The notes under the pieces: model-generated
Seen by the model: only the letters and a program-made list of their open reading frames with translations
What the model was told of the DNA's origin: nothing
The model's database searches: none
Program-made: the position numbers and the translations under genes
Shown: positions 17,961 through 27,417 of the stretch, in pieces
Layout: each line of letters starts with the position of its first letter
Position numbering within the stretch: the stretch's first letter is position 1
From: Mycoplasmatota bacterium
GTDB lineage: Bacteria > Bacillota_I > Bacilli_A > Haloplasmatales > Haloplasmataceae
Length of the DNA stretch: 32,000 bases
Reading direction: 5' to 3'
Assembly (NCBI GenBank): GCA_018394295.1
Contig: CP074573.1
Span: forward strand, 1,587,156-1,619,155

Positions 17961-18848
17961 ATGGGAAAATCACTAAAATTATCAGGAATCGTAATTGTTT
18001 TTAATACTACTAGGATCTGGTTTTGTTGTAGGTGAAACTCTCACTGGTTTAAAAAGAGATATAGCCTCAAATGAAAATTATGATGAAGATGCTTTACTTG
18101 AAAAAGTAAGTAAACTAATTGATGATTTAGAATCTGATGAAGGTACTAATGATTCTGAATTACAAGCTGAAATTACTGAATTAGAAACAGCTTTAAATGC
18201 TTTAAAAAGCCAAGACAATTCTCAATTGCAAGCTAAAATTACTGAATTAGAAACAGCTTTAAATGCTTTAGAAAGTCAAGATAATTCTGAATTGCAAGCT
18301 AAAATTACTGAATTAACAAACAGAATAAATGCACTTGAAAACTCAAGTACAAGTAATTTTACTATTATGGTAGATGGATCAGGAAACTATTTAAGATTTG
18401 AAGAAGTGGCTCGTTTACTTGTTAATGTAAGTACTAATGATTTAGGATGTTTTGATCAAGGAGATATTTGGATGAGTTCTTTATCCTCAGGTTTATCTAA
18501 CGAAGAAATATTAGTTAGAATGACCTTAATGTTCAAAGAATTATCTAATTATAATCAATACTTTATGAACAGTGCAAACATCAATTTGGGTATAGTTACA
18601 ATATTGGGGATACAAACTATTCATTAAATATCAGTATTCCAACCCCAGTACTAGTATATACCGATTTTACATTAGATAATATCTCAAATGGAACGTTTGG
18701 AATCTCTAATAATTCATCAACAACAGATAATCAAACAGGAAATTGGACAGATATGTCTTTTAACACAGATTTACTGAATGAAATATATAATCAACATATT
18801 ACAAATAATACATTCGGTAATAATGTATTAACTCCATTAAATAATTAA
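17961..18848 (+). pseudogene. Secreted coiled-coil protein of unknown function, broken by two apparent frameshifts
   Basis: ATG at 17961 after ggagga RBS (frame 0), frame +1 from about 17998 to about 18590, back to frame 0 until TAA at 18846-18848; combined N-terminus MGKSLKLSGIVIV(L)ILLGSGFVVGETLTG is a signal peptide. Confidence 0.7.
18154..18351 (+). repeat. Three tandem 66-bp (22-residue) coiled-coil repeats
   Basis: Copies at 18154-18219, 18220-18285, 18286-18351 encoding S(E/Q)LQA(E/K)ITELETALNAL(K/E)SQDN; third copy diverged. Confidence 0.9.
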
Positions 18849-18867
18849 TAGTTTAATAATTAAATAT

Positions 18868-18922
18868 AAAATGCACCTATTCTAAGTTCATAGTAACCTA
18901 TGATAAAGTTTAGGTGCATTTT
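18868..18922. terminator. Bidirectional terminator
   Basis: aaaatgcacct ... aggtgcatttt outer stem with inner catag/ctatg stem. Confidence 0.65.
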
Positions 18923-18949
18923 CTAAATAATCTATTGTAATGTTATTAA

Positions 18950-19987
18950 CTAATTTAGATATTCTCTAAAAAATCTTTTAATCAAATGTTTATTATTATG
19001 TTTCATCGCATTTAATACATCTGATTCTTTAGCTAACTTTTTGGTTATTACACGACTAAAAATTCTATAAAATAACTTTGTTAATGGATTTACTTTTGGT
19101 TTTGTCCATTCAAAATAACTATCAATATCATCTCTTTGAAAATGAAGAATATCATTAAGTACATCTGAATCTTTATAATATCCACAATGAAAATTTTGTT
19201 CAGCAAAAGAATATTTAGGAAAATGATCGATATTTATCCCTAATTCACCGAATACTCTTTTTAAGAAATTATAATATATAATTTGACATTTTTTACCTCC
19301 AGCAAAATTATATATATTTCCATTAAGTTCTTCTTCTTTTTCAATTGCTTTTACAACTCCGTATCCAACATCTCTAGTTGTCACAATTTCAATTCTCGTC
19401 CTTAAAGGCATATGAAAAAATATTGGGTCTATTTTTTTATTATCTTGTCCAGGACGTGGTCCCATAACACCTGATAATCTAAATATTGAATATCTTAGTC
19501 CAGATTCACTTACTATCTTTTCAGCTTTTATTTTTGTTTCAGCGTAGTAATCTCCAACACTAGGAATAAGGGGATCATTAATGTGAATATCTTCTCCTTC
19601 TAAACGATCACCATATACTGATACAGATGAAGAATATAAAAGAAATGCATTTGGAGAATATTCTTTAAGTGCTAATACCAAGTTTTTAGTCCCATTAACA
19701 TTAACTTCATAGGCAAGTTTTTGATTATAATCAGCAAGAGGTGGAATAACTGCTGCAAAATGAAGCACAAAATCAACCTCTTTTACAGCTTCAATTAATG
19801 TCTGTTTATCTCTTATATCACCATATATAATCTTAATATATTTTTTAAAGGGTTCTAATGTTTTTACTGATAGGTCAGTCTTTTTATCAAATATGATGGT
19901 TTCGTAAAGGTTTTTTCTCTCACATAATTCTCTTAATGCTTGGACTCCAATTGATCCAGTAGCGCCAGTTAGTAGTATTCTCTTCAA
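18950..19987 (-). CDS. NAD(P)-dependent epimerase/dehydratase (extended SDR)
   Basis: ILLTGATGSIGVQALREL; YSSSVSVYGD; YYAETKIKAEKI (YxxxK); FRLSGVMGPR. Confidence 0.88.
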   Translation of the reverse strand: MKRILLTGATGSIGVQALRELCERKNLYETIIFDKKTDLSVKTLEPFKKYIKIIYGDIRDKQTLIEAVKEVDFVLHFAAVIPPLADYNQKLAYEVNVNGTKNLVLALKEYSPNAFLLYSSSVSVYGDRLEGEDIHINDPLIPSVGDYYAETKIKAEKIVSESGLRYSIFRLSGVMGPRPGQDNKKIDPIFFHMPLRTRIEIVTTRDVGYGVVKAIEKEEELNGNIYNFAGGKKCQIIYYNFLKRVFGELGINIDHFPKYSFAEQNFHCGYYKDSDVLNDILHFQRDDIDSYFEWTKPKVNPLTKLFYRIFSRVITKKLAKESDVLNAMKHNNKHLIKRFFREYLN

Positions 19988-20260
19988 GAAATCACCTCCA
20001 AAATCATTTTTAATTACTAATCTTATATTTATTATATATAATTTTTGGATAAATATATATCGATATTTACGTTATGAAATAAACACTAGGTATATGTTTC
20101 ATAAAAATATAAAAAATCCACATAATTAATGAATAAACAGGATATTTCTAAATATTAAAAAATGAAATCATAAACCATTCAAATATAACATATTTATTTA
20201 CTTATAATAAGATAATTCATATGTTATAATTATTAATGTGATTATAGAAAAGGAGATTAA

Positions 20261-20761
20261 ATGATGGAAGCAAATGATTACCAAACCCTTTTTGATAAGG
20301 GTGAATACACTATTAAAAAATCTAGAACAATTTACAAATATAAACCTTATATTGACGATACAATATTCGAGTTTTCAGGAATCAACTATAAGAAATATTT
20401 AACCAATTATAACGAAATTGTTTTCATTTCAAATGAAAGAGATGAAAATCAATATTATACAATTCTTAGAATTGGCGAAGAAATCATCACCAATACTGAT
20501 AATACTAACAGTATTTCATATAAAAATAATGCACGCTATTCATATGAGTACATGAATAAAAATAAGAATTATATAGCGACATATTTAAAAGTTATAGCAT
20601 GGGGATATTTAGCGTTATCAATTTTTGCTGGGTTAATACTAACTGTTCTATTATCATCACCCTTAGCTATAATTGCGGTATTTTTATCTAGTTTAATTTT
20701 CCATGCTTTCTTTTTAGGATTAGCTGAGATTATAATACTTCTTGATAAGAAAAATAAATAA
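20261..20761 (+). CDS. Hypothetical protein with C-terminal TM pair
   Basis: aaaaggagatt RBS then ATGATG; soluble N-half, hydrophobic LKVIAWGYLALSIFAGLILTVLLSSPLAIIAVFL. Confidence 0.65.
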   Translation: MMEANDYQTLFDKGEYTIKKSRTIYKYKPYIDDTIFEFSGINYKKYLTNYNEIVFISNERDENQYYTILRIGEEIITNTDNTNSISYKNNARYSYEYMNKNKNYIATYLKVIAWGYLALSIFAGLILTVLLSSPLAIIAVFLSSLIFHAFFLGLAEIIILLDKKNK

Positions 20762-20958
20762 TTTTATAAGTACTTAATCTACTATATAAAAAACTATGGT
20801 AATCGTTTTTTGATTATCATAGTTTTTTGATTTATTATTGTTAGCGTATCAAGGATTCATCGACTTCTTTTTTCATAAAAACATCATACCTAACTATTGA
20901 TTATTATTAAATAATGTTATAATAATTAAAAAAGCTGTTATTAAGGAGGGAAGATAGG

Positions 20959-21303
20959 ATGAGTGCAAATATTAAATCAAATTCGTTTTATATCACTTTA
21001 TTCATTACGATTATTGTCTTCTTCTTAAAACAGATTTTTAGTTTATGTAAAATTGAATTTTATTTTATTAGTTATACACCTGTTACTGGCATTGTTGGAC
21101 TAATTTTAATATCTCTTCTTATTCCCTTTATATTAACTATATTTTATTTTCTACCTTCATTATGTATTATTAAGATTACTTCAACAGTTCATCTTTCTGT
21201 TCTGTATGTACCTTTTAATAACTCAGTACCTACTGATTTTATTAAAAAAGTTATTTATAAAAAAAATAATACCTACCGATTACTTAAGGTGTTTCGCTGT
21301 TGA
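20959..21303 (+). CDS. Hypothetical small membrane protein (TGA stop)
   Basis: aaggaggg RBS; hydrophobic segments; 114 aa. Confidence 0.6.
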   Translation: MSANIKSNSFYITLFITIIVFFLKQIFSLCKIEFYFISYTPVTGIVGLILISLLIPFILTIFYFLPSLCIIKITSTVHLSVLYVPFNNSVPTDFIKKVIYKKNNTYRLLKVFRC

Positions 21304-21305
21304 TT

Positions 21306-21336
21306 CATAGTAAATTTTTATCAAAAATTTACTATG
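21306..21336. repeat. Perfect 14-bp inverted repeat just upstream of ORF 21349..22782
   Basis: catagtaaattttt (21306-21319)/aaaaatttactatg (21323-21336), 3-nt loop, no following T-run. Confidence 0.75.
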
Positions 21337-21348
21337 AAAGGAAAGAGA

Positions 21349-22782
21349 ATGAATAAACCAAAAAAATTTATTTTAATTATACTATTTATCACAATCATAC
21401 TATTCATAACATCTATTGTAATGATGAATTTACCAAGATTCAATAAAACTAATATGGTAATAAAACATGCTACTATTTATTTATTTTTATCTTTTGTTAC
21501 ACTATTAAGTATCATGTGTCTATTTTATATTTTAAAAAATAAATTTCATATAACAAACAAAGGACTTATTCTATTAAAGGGATTCACACTCCTAACTTTT
21601 ATTATGTTATTATTTATAATTGGTGAGGCTCAAATAAAATTTATTGACAAGCATGAAACACCACCTGTAATTGCATGTTCATTTTATGATGAATATGATA
21701 ACCTAATTTACACTTCTCAATATGTAAATAGTTGTCCTAAGCTAGAAAATATTGAAAAATCAAAGAATAGTCTTCAATTTAATGTTTATGAAGAACTCCA
21801 TAATTTCACAAACGAACAATGGTCCAATGGTATATTTCAAGAAAGTAAAGAGTTTAGTGCTTATTTAAAAACAGAAATTGAAATCAACTATAATTCCATT
21901 GGTCAGATTTTACACGTATTAATATTAAGTAGTAGTAATATTGAATATAAAGGTAGTGTAGGTTTGGAATATGAGTACTTTAGTATTAAAAAAGAAATCA
22001 ATAATACTTATGAAGAAAACTCCTTCACAAGTGTACAAGATAATTATATTATAGATATAGATTTAGATATGATTGAGGATGTTTCAAATATAAATCATTA
22101 TAATTTCACTAACAACTCTTTATCTAGGGTTACATTAACATCTAAAATTACCGGGTCAGATGGTGAGAAAACTCTATTTGAAGTGATAAGAACTAAAGAG
22201 AACAATGGAAAATCTACAACTGAACCTATTGTTAAAGGTTATTTTCTAAATAGTAACGATAATATAGAATTTGAGTATTCTGAAGTTTCAACTTTAACCT
22301 ATAACAGCCCTTATGATAGAATTAATCTAAAACTCAATACTTCAAAGAAAAGTGTCATTAACTATTCAGGTGATAATTTAAATCAGTACTATAAAATGGA
22401 ATATAAAAATGTTAATAAATTTCATAATATCGTGTTTAATGAAGAACGAATCGGTTATCCTGCTATCGATGAAAAAATGGGCTTTGAACTTTACAAAAAT
22501 GATAATAACACTTTAACTATTGAAGGAAAGTTCCCATTATTTTTTATTCAAAAAACAAATTATGGTTCTAAATTAATAGTAACTGCGACGAAACTTGATG
22601 GATACGCTGGTGAAGAATACAAAGAAATCGTTCAAGGATTTACAAGGTATAGGTACTTTACACCTTTTGGTCCTAAAATAGAATATATGTTTGATTATGG
22701 ATTTAATCTAGCACTTCGCAAAGGATCCACAGATGAGATTATTTTTCAGGATAATCCGCTAATTTCTATTTATTATGATTAA
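21349..22782 (+). CDS. Hypothetical membrane-anchored extracytoplasmic protein
   Basis: Three N-terminal TM segments followed by a long soluble region; ATG at 21349 has aaaggaaag RBS, preferred to ATG at 21334. Confidence 0.65.
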   Translation: MNKPKKFILIILFITIILFITSIVMMNLPRFNKTNMVIKHATIYLFLSFVTLLSIMCLFYILKNKFHITNKGLILLKGFTLLTFIMLLFIIGEAQIKFIDKHETPPVIACSFYDEYDNLIYTSQYVNSCPKLENIEKSKNSLQFNVYEELHNFTNEQWSNGIFQESKEFSAYLKTEIEINYNSIGQILHVLILSSSNIEYKGSVGLEYEYFSIKKEINNTYEENSFTSVQDNYIIDIDLDMIEDVSNINHYNFTNNSLSRVTLTSKITGSDGEKTLFEVIRTKENNGKSTTEPIVKGYFLNSNDNIEFEYSEVSTLTYNSPYDRINLKLNTSKKSVINYSGDNLNQYYKMEYKNVNKFHNIVFNEERIGYPAIDEKMGFELYKNDNNTLTIEGKFPLFFIQKTNYGSKLIVTATKLDGYAGEEYKEIVQGFTRYRYFTPFGPKIEYMFDYGFNLALRKGSTDEIIFQDNPLISIYYD

Positions 22783-22790
22783 AAAAAATA

Positions 22791-22823
22791 AATGCAGCTT
22801 TTTCTAAAAAAAGCTGCATTTTT
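22791..22823. terminator. Bidirectional terminator
   Basis: aatgcagcttttt ctaa aaaaagctgcattttt. Confidence 0.85.
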
Positions 22824-22880
22824 AATTATTTAGATATATTATAAATGTTATTTTATTTAAATAAAAAACAAGGATCAATT

Positions 22881-23674
22881 TTAAACTATATATACTAATA
22901 TTAATATTACAACATAAACACTTATCGAAAGCATAATTAATTTATTGAAAACCTTTTTCTCTTTATTAGTATTCCTAGTAGGATATTCCCAAGTATTTGA
23001 ATCCATTTCCTTTTTAATTCTTTTTCCATATACTAGTAGTTCAAGAATCAAATAACCTATTAAAAAAATAAAAATAGGTAATATAAATGGAATAATAAAT
23101 AATGATTCATGATACACAATTGATAATGTAATTGCAGTACAAATGAACCTATGATATAAATCAAACCGATAGGCCATAAATATAACAACCTTCTGAAGCT
23201 ATCATCAGCATATACTGATAATTGATAGAACTTAAATAATTTAGGATCATTAGCAATATCATTTTTATTATTTTCAAGCAGTTTTTCACGTAATATCTTT
23301 ACGAACTCTCCAATGTTTTTTAACGGAATTGTTACTGTCACTTTTTCATTATAAGTTGAAAGAATTGAAAAAAAATCACCTAATTTAGATACACTAGTTG
23401 TATTTATATACTTGATGTCTTCGAATTGAATAAATATATCTTTTTTATAATTACAAAATTCTATACCTTTACCATTTATTGAAAGCTTCGTTGTAGTAAA
23501 TTTTTTATAAAATTATGTCATAACAATAGAATAAACAAATATGAATCCCATAAAAATTGACAGTATCCAAGCTTCATTGATTAAAGATAAAATAAATATA
23601 ATAGCACTTACTCCAGCATAATAAGGTAATAGTTTCGCTATAAAAAATATGTGTTTTCTGTAAGTATATTCCAT
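22881..23674 (-). pseudogene. Membrane protein, possibly PH-like, disrupted by in-frame TAA (23513-23515) and a frameshift near 23100-23180
   Basis: From ATG 23674: MEYTYRKHIFFIAKLLPYYAGVSAIIFILSLINEAWILSIFMGFIFVYSIVMT* FYKKFTTTKLSINGKGIEFCNYKKDIFIQFEDIKYINTTSVSKLGDFFSILSTYNEKVTVTIPLKN..., then continues in another frame as ...ITLSIVYHESLFIIPFILPIFIFLIGYLILELLVYG. Confidence 0.7.
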
Positions 23675-23688
23675 AGCCTACCTGTTTC

Positions 23689-24429
23689 CTACTTATTTAA
23701 ACTTTTTACGACAGAATTTACAATATCACTTATTTTATCATTATTTTTGGATTCAAATGATTTTAGTATTTCTAAAGGAACTGCAAAAATCATAGTGTTT
23801 GATTTATCTGATGACAAATCACTTAAGGTTGACAATGTTCTTAAATGCATTGCACCTGGTTGTTTTGATATTATTTGTGCTGCCATCGCTAATTTTTCTG
23901 CTGCTTCTACTTCTCCTTGAGATTTAACGATAATTGCATTTTTCTCACGTTCAGCTTCAGCAACACGCGCAATTACTCGTTCCATATCTTCTGGAATTTT
24001 AATATCTTTAATCTCTATTTTTTCAACTTTAATTCCCCATGGATCGGTTTCTTTATCAACAATATCTTTAATTTCTTTTGAAATAACTTTTAAGTTTGAT
24101 AATAAATCATCTAACTTAACGCCACCTATAGAGTTTCTTAAAGTTGTTTGAGCAAGTTGTGCAACAGCAAAGTAACAATCTTTAACTTCAAGTACTGCCT
24201 TTTTTGCATCAAAAACACGGTAATACACAACTGCATTAATCGTAATGGTTACATTATCTTTTGTTATACACTTTTGCTGTGGTACATCCTGAGTAATCGT
24301 TCTTAAATCAATTTTTTTGTACTCATGGATAATAGGGATCACTAACCGAATACCCGGTTCTAGTTGTTTTACAAACTTCCCAAATCTAAACTTAACACCA
24401 CTTTCATATTCCTTAACAATTATAAACAT
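23689..24429 (-). CDS. SPFH/Band 7 (slipin/stomatin-like) protein without an N-terminal TM segment
   Basis: VKEYESGVKFRFGKFVKQLEPGIRLVIPIIHEYKKIDLRT...DNVTITINAVVYYRV...AQLAQTTLRNSIG...VEKIEIKDIKIPEDMERVIARVAEAEREKNAIIVKSQGEVEAAEKLAMAA; aaggaggg RBS upstream. Confidence 0.9.
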   Translation of the reverse strand: MFIIVKEYESGVKFRFGKFVKQLEPGIRLVIPIIHEYKKIDLRTITQDVPQQKCITKDNVTITINAVVYYRVFDAKKAVLEVKDCYFAVAQLAQTTLRNSIGGVKLDDLLSNLKVISKEIKDIVDKETDPWGIKVEKIEIKDIKIPEDMERVIARVAEAEREKNAIIVKSQGEVEAAEKLAMAAQIISKQPGAMHLRTLSTLSDLSSDKSNTMIFAVPLEILKSFESKNNDKISDIVNSVVKSLNK

Positions 24430-24600
24430 AATTTTCCCTCCTTTTATTAAATTATATCATAACTATCTAAATTATTCATCTTTAAATCAAGATAGAATTT
24501 ACTTATAAGAGTAACTATTATAATTTAATTTTTTACTATATTAAATCTTATGATATATCTATTAAATTTATTAATCAAAAAAATTAGTTAATTTTTTTTG

Positions 24601-24629
24601 TTGATTAATAAATAACTTACTGTTATAAT
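24601..24629 (+). promoter_or_regulatory. Sigma-A promoter for lysine riboswitch/ABC operon
   Basis: ttgatt (24601-24606), 17-nt spacer, tataat (24624-24629). Confidence 0.75.
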
Positions 24630-24645
24630 GTGTGTATCATAAAAA

Positions 24646-24877
24646 TTGATAGAGGTTGCGATGCAAATTAGTAAAATGTGGAGCAGGCATGCTTTGAAGC
24701 ATTTGAAAGGTATACATCGCCGAACATTATGTATAGGCATATATATAATGTGGGAATACAAGGAATACTTGTATTACTCTCTACGTTAAGTATTGGCGCT
24801 ATCAATTGCATCTTTTTTCTTTTTATATTTGTTATAAATAGATGCAATTTAGCAGGTGCTATATTGCATCTTTTTTT
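24646..24877 (+). ncRNA. Lysine riboswitch (L-box) aptamer and expression platform
   Basis: P1 ttgatag (24646-24652)/ctatcaa (24799-24805); conserved AGAGGtTGCGAtg...TTAGTA, AAAGG...ATCGCCGAA; followed by terminator. Confidence 0.87.
24840..24877 (+). terminator. Riboswitch expression-platform terminator
   Basis: agatgcaat (24840-24848)/attgcatct (24863-24871) followed by T-run. Confidence 0.85.
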
Positions 24878-24904
24878 ATGTAAAAAAATACTAGGAGGAA
24901 GAAA

Positions 24905-25717
24905 ATGCGTAAATTATTATTAACACTATTTTTAGGAATTTTTACTTTTACATTAGCAGCATGTTCAAAAAAAGAATATACGAAAACATTCACAGTAGGT
25001 ATGGAATGTGCTTACGCTCCCTATAATTGGACATCCCCTACCAAAACTGATACTGCAGTTATTATTGATGGAACAAAGGCATATTGTGATGGTTATGATG
25101 TAAAAGTATCTCAAAAAATTGCTGATGACTTAAACAAAGAATTGGTTATAAAAGCGATTAAATGGGATGGTTTAATTCCTGCTTTATCCACAAATCAAAT
25201 TGATGCAATCATTGCAGGTATGAGTCCAACTGAAAAAAGAAAACAAACGATTGCATTCTCTGATATATATTTTCGACCTGAAGAAGTTGTGGTAATAAAA
25301 AATAATAGTAAATATGTAAATGCTACATCAATTTTAGATTTCTCCGGTGCTAAAATAACATCACAACTTGGTACTCTACACGAAAATTTAATTTCACAAA
25401 TGACCGGTGCGATTAAACAAACATCATTACCAGATTATTCAACATTAGTTACAGCAGTGAAAAATGGAGCTGCTGATGGTTTTATTTGTGAATTACCAGT
25501 AGCCACACAAATGGCAAATAATAATTCAGATTTAAAAATTATTAGATTCGATAAGAATAATGGATTTGTCGTTGATGATTCTGAAGTTTCTACAGCTATT
25601 GGATTAAGAAAATCTGATACAGATTTATTAAAGAGAATAAATGAGTCATTAGCTAAAATATCTAATGAAGATAGAAATACATGGATGAATGAATTTATTA
25701 ATAAATCAAGTTCATAA
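24905..25717 (+). CDS. Amino-acid ABC transporter substrate-binding lipoprotein (probable lysine)
   Basis: Lipobox TLAAC; SBP_bac_3 pattern MECAYAPYNW...YDVKVSQKIADDL...IIAGMSPTEKRKQTIAFSDIYF; lysine riboswitch upstream. Confidence 0.9.
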   Translation: MRKLLLTLFLGIFTFTLAACSKKEYTKTFTVGMECAYAPYNWTSPTKTDTAVIIDGTKAYCDGYDVKVSQKIADDLNKELVIKAIKWDGLIPALSTNQIDAIIAGMSPTEKRKQTIAFSDIYFRPEEVVVIKNNSKYVNATSILDFSGAKITSQLGTLHENLISQMTGAIKQTSLPDYSTLVTAVKNGAADGFICELPVATQMANNNSDLKIIRFDKNNGFVVDDSEVSTAIGLRKSDTDLLKRINESLAKISNEDRNTWMNEFINKSSS

Positions 25718-25739
25718 TATTACATATTAGGAGGACATT

Positions 25740-26507
25740 ATGTTTTTTCTTACATCAACAGAAATTATTCCTGATAGTTTTATTGGTGGGTTACTATATA
25801 TATTACGAAATTACTTTCCAATGTATCTAGATGGAATGAAATATACATTGTTAATTGCACTAACAAGTACGATTTTAGGTTTAATAATAGCTGTATTTAT
25901 TGTACCTATTAAAATACAACAAATTACAGGTCGTGATACGTTAATCCAGAAAATACTTAAAAAAACTGGTGTAATATTAGCCACAATTTATGTTGAAGTA
26001 TTACGGGGAACGCCAATGATTGTACAATCTGTCATCATATTTTATGGATTAGCAGGACTTGGATATAATCTAAATATAATTATTTGTGGAATCTTAATTG
26101 TCTCAATCAATACTTCAGCATATATTATTGAAGTATTACGAGGTAGTATTAGCTCTATTGATAAAGGACAACTTGAAGCAGCTAGAAGTTTAGGGATGAC
26201 TAGAAGCAAGGCTATGATTCATATAATCATTCCTCAAGCAATAAAGAACAGCATTCCTGCTATTGGTAATGAATTTGTCGTTAATATAAAGGATACTGCG
26301 GTTTTAATGGTAATCTCTGTGACTGAACTATACTTTATTACAACGAAAGTGAATTCAATTTACTATCGACAGTTAGAAGGTTTTGTAATATCAGCAGGTT
26401 TGTATTTATTAATGACATTTACAACAACAAGAATTCTTTATTTAGTAAGTGGTTACATAAGTGGTTCAAAAACAAAATTATCATACCCTACGAGTCAGAC
26501 ATTATAA
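25740..26507 (+). CDS. Amino-acid ABC transporter permease (HisM/GlnP-type)
   Basis: [22 protein letters not shown]...[12 protein letters not shown]...[52 protein letters not shown]. Confidence 0.93.
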   Translation: MFFLTSTEIIPDSFIGGLLYILRNYFPMYLDGMKYTLLIALTSTILGLIIAVFIVPIKIQQITGRDTLIQKILKKTGVILATIYVEVLRGTPMIVQSVIIFYGLAGLGYNLNIIICGILIVSINTSAYIIEVLRGSISSIDKGQLEAARSLGMTRSKAMIHIIIPQAIKNSIPAIGNEFVVNIKDTAVLMVISVTELYFITTKVNSIYYRQLEGFVISAGLYLLMTFTTTRILYLVSGYISGSKTKLSYPTSQTL

Positions 26508-26520
26508 GAAGGTGATTTAC

Positions 26521-27261
26521 ATGGATAAAATCATTGAAATTAAAAATTTGAAAAAAAGTTTTGGAAAAAAAGAAATACTAAAAGGTATCAATTTAGATAT
26601 TTATAAAGGACAAGTTGTTTGTATAATCGGACCTTCTGGAAGTGGAAAATCTACTCTTCTAAGATGTATTAATTTATTAGAAGAACCTGATAATGGTAAT
26701 ATCATCTTTGAAGGTAGTGATTTAACATCTTTGAATATAGATTTAAATAAAATAAGAACTAAAATAGGGATGGTATTTCAAAACTTTAACTTGTTTAATA
26801 ATAAGAATGTCTTAGATAATTGTACAATAGGACAAGTAGAAGTTCTAAAAAGAAATAAAAATGAAGCAGAGCAAATAGCTCTTCAATTATTAAAGAAAGT
26901 AGGTATGAAAGATTTTACCGATAGTAATATAAGTGGTTTATCTGGTGGACAAAAGCAACGTGTTGCGATATCAAGAGCACTTGCTATGACACCAGACATA
27001 ATGTTATTTGATGAACCAACCAGTGCTTTAGATCCTGAAATGGTTGGTGACGTTTTAAATGTTATGCGAGATTTAGCAAATAGTGGTATGACTATGGTTG
27101 TTGTAACACATGAAATGGGATTTGCTAGAGAAGTTAGTGATGCTGTTGTCTTTATGGATGAAGGACATATTATAGAATCTAATCGTCCTGAAGTAATATT
27201 TTCAAATCCATCAAATGAAAGAACTAAGGAATTTCTAAAAAGAGTTATTGAAAAAAGATAA
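26521..27261 (+). CDS. Amino-acid ABC transporter ATP-binding protein (start trimmed to 26521)
   Basis: [87 protein letters not shown]; gaaggtg RBS before ATG 26521. Confidence 0.95.
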   Translation: MDKIIEIKNLKKSFGKKEILKGINLDIYKGQVVCIIGPSGSGKSTLLRCINLLEEPDNGNIIFEGSDLTSLNIDLNKIRTKIGMVFQNFNLFNNKNVLDNCTIGQVEVLKRNKNEAEQIALQLLKKVGMKDFTDSNISGLSGGQKQRVAISRALAMTPDIMLFDEPTSALDPEMVGDVLNVMRDLANSGMTMVVVTHEMGFAREVSDAVVFMDEGHIIESNRPEVIFSNPSNERTKEFLKRVIEKR

Positions 27262-27332
27262 ACTTATGTTTAACTTTTTACAGTAGTTATTAAACACTTG
27301 ATAATAACACATAATTAATGATAAAAATATAT

Positions 27333-27372
27333 AAAGCTATCTGCTGTTCAATAACTACAGATAGCTTTTTTT
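27333..27372 (+). terminator. Terminator of the ABC operon
   Basis: aaagctatctg ... cagatagctttttttc. Confidence 0.8.
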
Positions 27373-27417
27373 CATTCGTTCAATGTCTAGAACCTTTTTC
27401 TTATTTTCTCTATTTTA

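Noticed and set aside
18154-18351. Possible CRISPR-like or non-coding tandem repeat
   Set aside because: Repeats are contiguous, in phase with coding, 66 bp with no spacers, and encode a regular coiled coil.
24678-24923. ORF (81 aa) upstream of the substrate-binding protein gene
   Set aside because: Lies wholly within the lysine riboswitch aptamer and terminator; no RBS; translation is low-complexity hydrophobic and explained by structured RNA.
26461-26520. Extended N-terminus of the ABC ATPase ORF
   Set aside because: The extension overlaps the permease 3' end; ATG 26521 has a proper RBS and conventional [14 protein letters not shown] start.
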